A stretch of 64,000 bases of DNA. Source: Zygnema circumcarinatum SAG 698-1b (lineage: Eukaryota; Plantae; Zygnematophyceae). The stretch spans positions 1,890,518-1,954,517 of the forward strand of contig CM074822.1 of the NCBI GenBank assembly GCA_037447605.1, in the 5' to 3' direction. The notes beneath the pieces were generated by a model. That model saw only the letters and a list, made by a program, of their open reading frames with translations, was not told the DNA's origin and made no database searches. Positions within the stretch are counted from its first letter, which is position 1, and each line of letters begins with the position of its first letter. Of the stretch, positions 60,855-64,000 are shown piece after piece. Position numbers and translations under genes: made by a program.

Positions 60855-61197
60855 CTGAAGGGGAGGGCACGGGCGGCGAGGGGAGGGGAGGGAATGAGAG
60901 GGGAGGGGAGGGAAAGGGAGGGGAGGGGAGGGGTCTGAAGGGGAGGGGACTGAAGGGGAGGGGACTGAAGGNNNNNNNNNNAGGGGAGGGGACTGAAGGG
61001 GAGGGGACTGAAGGGGAGGGCAGGGGCGGGGAGGGGAGGGAAGAGGTGGGGAGGGGAGGGAAGGGGAGTGGAGAGGCGGAGAGGTGAGGGGATGGGAGTG
61101 GCAGGGAGGGGAGGGGAGGGGACTGAAGGGGAGGGGAGATGCTGGGAGGGGAGGGGAGGGGAGGGGAGGGGAGGGAAGGGGACAGGAGGGGAGGGCA
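60855..61197. repeat. (GGGGA)n / GGGGAGGGGACTGAA purine-rich low-complexity tract
   Basis: Direct reading; contains an N gap. Confidence 0.9.
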
Positions 61198-62752
61198 AGG
61201 GATATCCCAAAAGGCGGGTGCGAAGTATCATTTTCCAAAAATGTTTAACCGTTATTTAAAAGAAGCGTCGTTTTGAAAATCCACATAAGGAAAGAGCAGT
61301 CGAGGATGACGTGACGCGGTGAAAGGACAGAGTTGCGCTCCAATCGCGCGTAACGGTACCACGTCATTGTCACCGTCTGTTCTGGACCCTATCTTCACCG
61401 CACCGTTACGAAAGCCTTTGGCTCGAGTTTTATTGGATTGCAACGCAGAGAATTAAAAGGAATTTAAAAAAAACGAAGCGAATAAAATTCCATACAACCA
61501 GCCAGACCTAATCGAATTTCTTCTGTTCGAACGATTCTGAAGTGCCCCACACGCCGTTGCAGTCGGGTAGCCAAGCCAGTCCTCACAACTGTAGCTTGCT
61601 ACAGTTGCGGAGGTCCCCCAAGAGGCGAAATCGGTACAGGCGGCTGCTCATTCGTAGGTTGTGCAGGCAATCCGCTCTCGCTTGCCATTTTCCATTCCAT
61701 CTTTGTCACACATGAACCATCGTACAGGTGAAAAAGTGGGTTTGTGCGTTACCGATTCACGCAGCTTTCTTCAGAGCAAGCCGTTTCCGGATTGCACAAA
61801 AAGGACCCACCTGAAATACAAATGTGAATGAAGGCGGCCTTTGTCCACCCGCCTGCATCCCATGACGACGCTGCAGGGGAGATTCTACAGCCTATCTTGC
61901 ACCCCACTTCCATTGGAGCCCTGTTCGCTCGCGCAAGTGGCCGCCAACCTTCAATGCAAAGAGTCCGGCGCAAATGTCCGCCCGCAACGCATCGCAGGGC
62001 AGTGCAGTGCACTGCCGCCCGCTCGCGTATTCGTATGCATATACTGCAATCATTGTCAAAAGCGACTGAAAAGGACGAGTGAACCAAAACTCTTTGTACA
62101 CATTAAGAAAAAATAGTTCAGCTTATTACAGGGCGCCAAAGGCACTACCGAGCGCGAGTTTATGAACTAAGGATCATTTCTGGCACTAGCTGAACCACAG
62201 GGTGCGAAGATTCAGAAGCAGAAGCAAGCTGTTCCACGGACCCATTAACGCTACAGTCGAACACTTCAAAAACCCGCTATTCGGTAAAACCTTCTGAGGG
62301 AAATTACATATCATATTATATTGAGTAATCGAGTACGTGAACGCTTCAGAATCCTCTGTTCAGGCCTTAACCGCTAACTGACATAAATGTCAAAACATCC
62401 AAACTGGAAGTCAGAAACCTGTAAAACTTCAAAGAGCCAAGGCGCCGAGAACTCTTTCCACGTTCAAAAAAAACCTCTCGCGCAGCCTATACGACTGGGC
62501 AAACTAAACGCACTTCTCAAGGTCCCAAATATCCCCGAGCAGTCGTGCAGCTCAGGCTGAGGTCTGTCCCGAGCAGTTCGTTTCCGTGGGGTTTTGTTCC
62601 AACCCCGTTCCAATCCTCTTGAGCGTCTACTGCGCTAATTGAATTGGCATCAAGACAACCAGCTTTCTAATGGCTTCGGCAAAAACGATCGGTCAATAGC
62701 CACACGTAATTGACAATATTGTTACAGAGAGAGCTGACGAAGTAGCGGCTGG

Positions 62753-63807
62753 TCAGCGAGAGAGGTTGAGAGGGTTGTGCCACGACCCGGACAGGGCTCG
62801 CGGCAGCGTTGTGGGCACATCCAGGTATTTGCTGCGCACTCCGAGTTTCCGCAAAGTGGAGCGCAGCTGCTGCATCTTTATGTTCTGAGGGATGACGGCA
62901 TCCACGCCGGCACTCATGCCCTTGTCCATGCTGTTGTCCATGCCTGCAAGGTCCCACCTGCGCAAAACAATGTCACCCGCCACTGCTCGGAGGTCAGTTG
63001 GTATAGAGCAATCTACCTATTGCGCTATAGACTGGCATTCTCCGCTGTCAGAGCATCCTCCACATAAGGGTCGTACGAAGCGAGTCGGACACAAGCGACT
63101 GGTGATTCACTCGCGCATCATTCAAGATAAGTTACAAGCACAACTCCCAGTTTCTCGACATGCACCAAATGCTCCTTCAAAAAGATCTCCTCAACAAGCA
63201 TTCCACGCAAACCTCCCACACTAAGCGACTCGGCCCTTCCAAACACAAGCAGATCAAAGGGCCAGACAGCCAAAAAAACGTCAACAAGAAGGCACCTGAC
63301 GTGGCACCTGTTCCAAAATCATCATCCTAGAGCGGGTCTTACTCCGCTATGGCGAATGCTAACAAGGGTACAAATTGGAGTCGACGTGATTGTGATTGGT
63401 CAGTGCCTGAGTGTCACTGTCTGACTGACAGATGCAAGTTTTCCCTGAAGGACTCTGCGGGCTGCAAGGGTTTCTAGGGTTCTTAGGGTTTTTAGAGTTT
63501 TTACGTTTTGAGGGTTTCTAGGGTTTCTAGGGTCTCTAGGGTTTTTAGGATTTTTAGGGTTTCTAGGGTTTTTAGGGTTTCTAGGATTTCTAGGGTTTCT
63601 AGGGTTTCTAGGGTTTTTAGGGTTTTTAGGGTTTTTCAGTGGGTGCAGGAGGGCCTGCCTGTTCATGCTCGCCACCGCCACAATGACGGCGCGGAGGGGC
63701 GGCCCCTCGGATACCGTCTGCACCGCCCGCCGCTCCAACCGCCGCATCTCGCGCACTGCCATGTACCCGTCCCGGCTCGCGGCCTGCCGGACAACCCCCA
63801 TCTTCAA
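62753..63807 (-). CDS. 3' exons of a degenerate response-regulator receiver-domain gene (5' part probably outside window)
   Basis: SRDGYMAVREMRRLE...LRAVIVAVASMNR|WDLAGMDNSMDKGMSAGVDAVIPQNIKMQQLRSTLRKLG aligns by eye to the hybrid-kinase receiver pattern MDGYEATRRIRxxE...PIIALTA...CxxAGMDxxxxKPxxxxxLxxxL. Confidence 0.55.
63467..63636 (+). repeat. Interstitial telomere-like 9-mer array (TTTYTAGGG)n, ~19 units
   Basis: AGGGTTTCT/AGGGTTTTT units read directly. Confidence 0.95.
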
Positions 63808-64000
63808 CTCTCATCAATGGAAGTGTAGAGAATGCTCGAGAGAAAAAATTGGAGACATTGCAGGATGTAGCGGGAAGGCCGTTTCGAGATGAAACGCAAC
63901 ACGTTTGTGTGTGTAGGAAGAGCATGATGAACGAAAATCTGAGAGAGAGATAGAGTGATACAGATAGAGTTATTAGAGTGATACAGTCGAGCAAGCTCAT

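Noticed and set aside
63400-63660. (NPK/NPR)n peptide extension of the receiver gene
   Set aside because: More simply the telomere-like array read in frame inside an intron; the downstream exon completes the domain.

Overview
Intron-rich, GC-rich eukaryotic nuclear DNA from a green-lineage organism. RBCS, ELF3, ClpC and streptophyte-type plastid rps14/rbcL suggest a streptophyte, probably a zygnematophyte-like alga (inference). The many N10 gaps in repeats and one N100 gap indicate a short-read draft. Genes in order: 3' part of PIGW (+), an intronless C-terminal-EAR protein (+), UBR7 (-), tRNA-Gln(UUG) (-), ALB3 (-), a small stand-alone phytochrome-type PAS protein (+), ClpC (-), a damaged TTC38-like TPR gene (-), ELF3 (+), an intronless UGT (-), RBCS (+), and the 3' end of a degenerate receiver-domain gene (-). 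The TPR gene is cut mid-exon by a tandem plastid insert (rbcL 3' end, spacer, rps14). The UGT has animal-type ER-membrane architecture. A C/D snoRNA sits in an unannotated region divergent from RBCS. Gene-upstream regions hold nested foldback/MULE-like elements, microsatellites and 7-, 9-, 32- and ~177-bp tandem arrays. Best leads: the membrane-anchored UGT, the dual-guide (U33+U61-like) snoRNA and its host, the PAS-only protein, the plastid insert, the EAR protein and a 9-mer telomere-like array. All homology calls are from motif recognition by eye; no searches were run.
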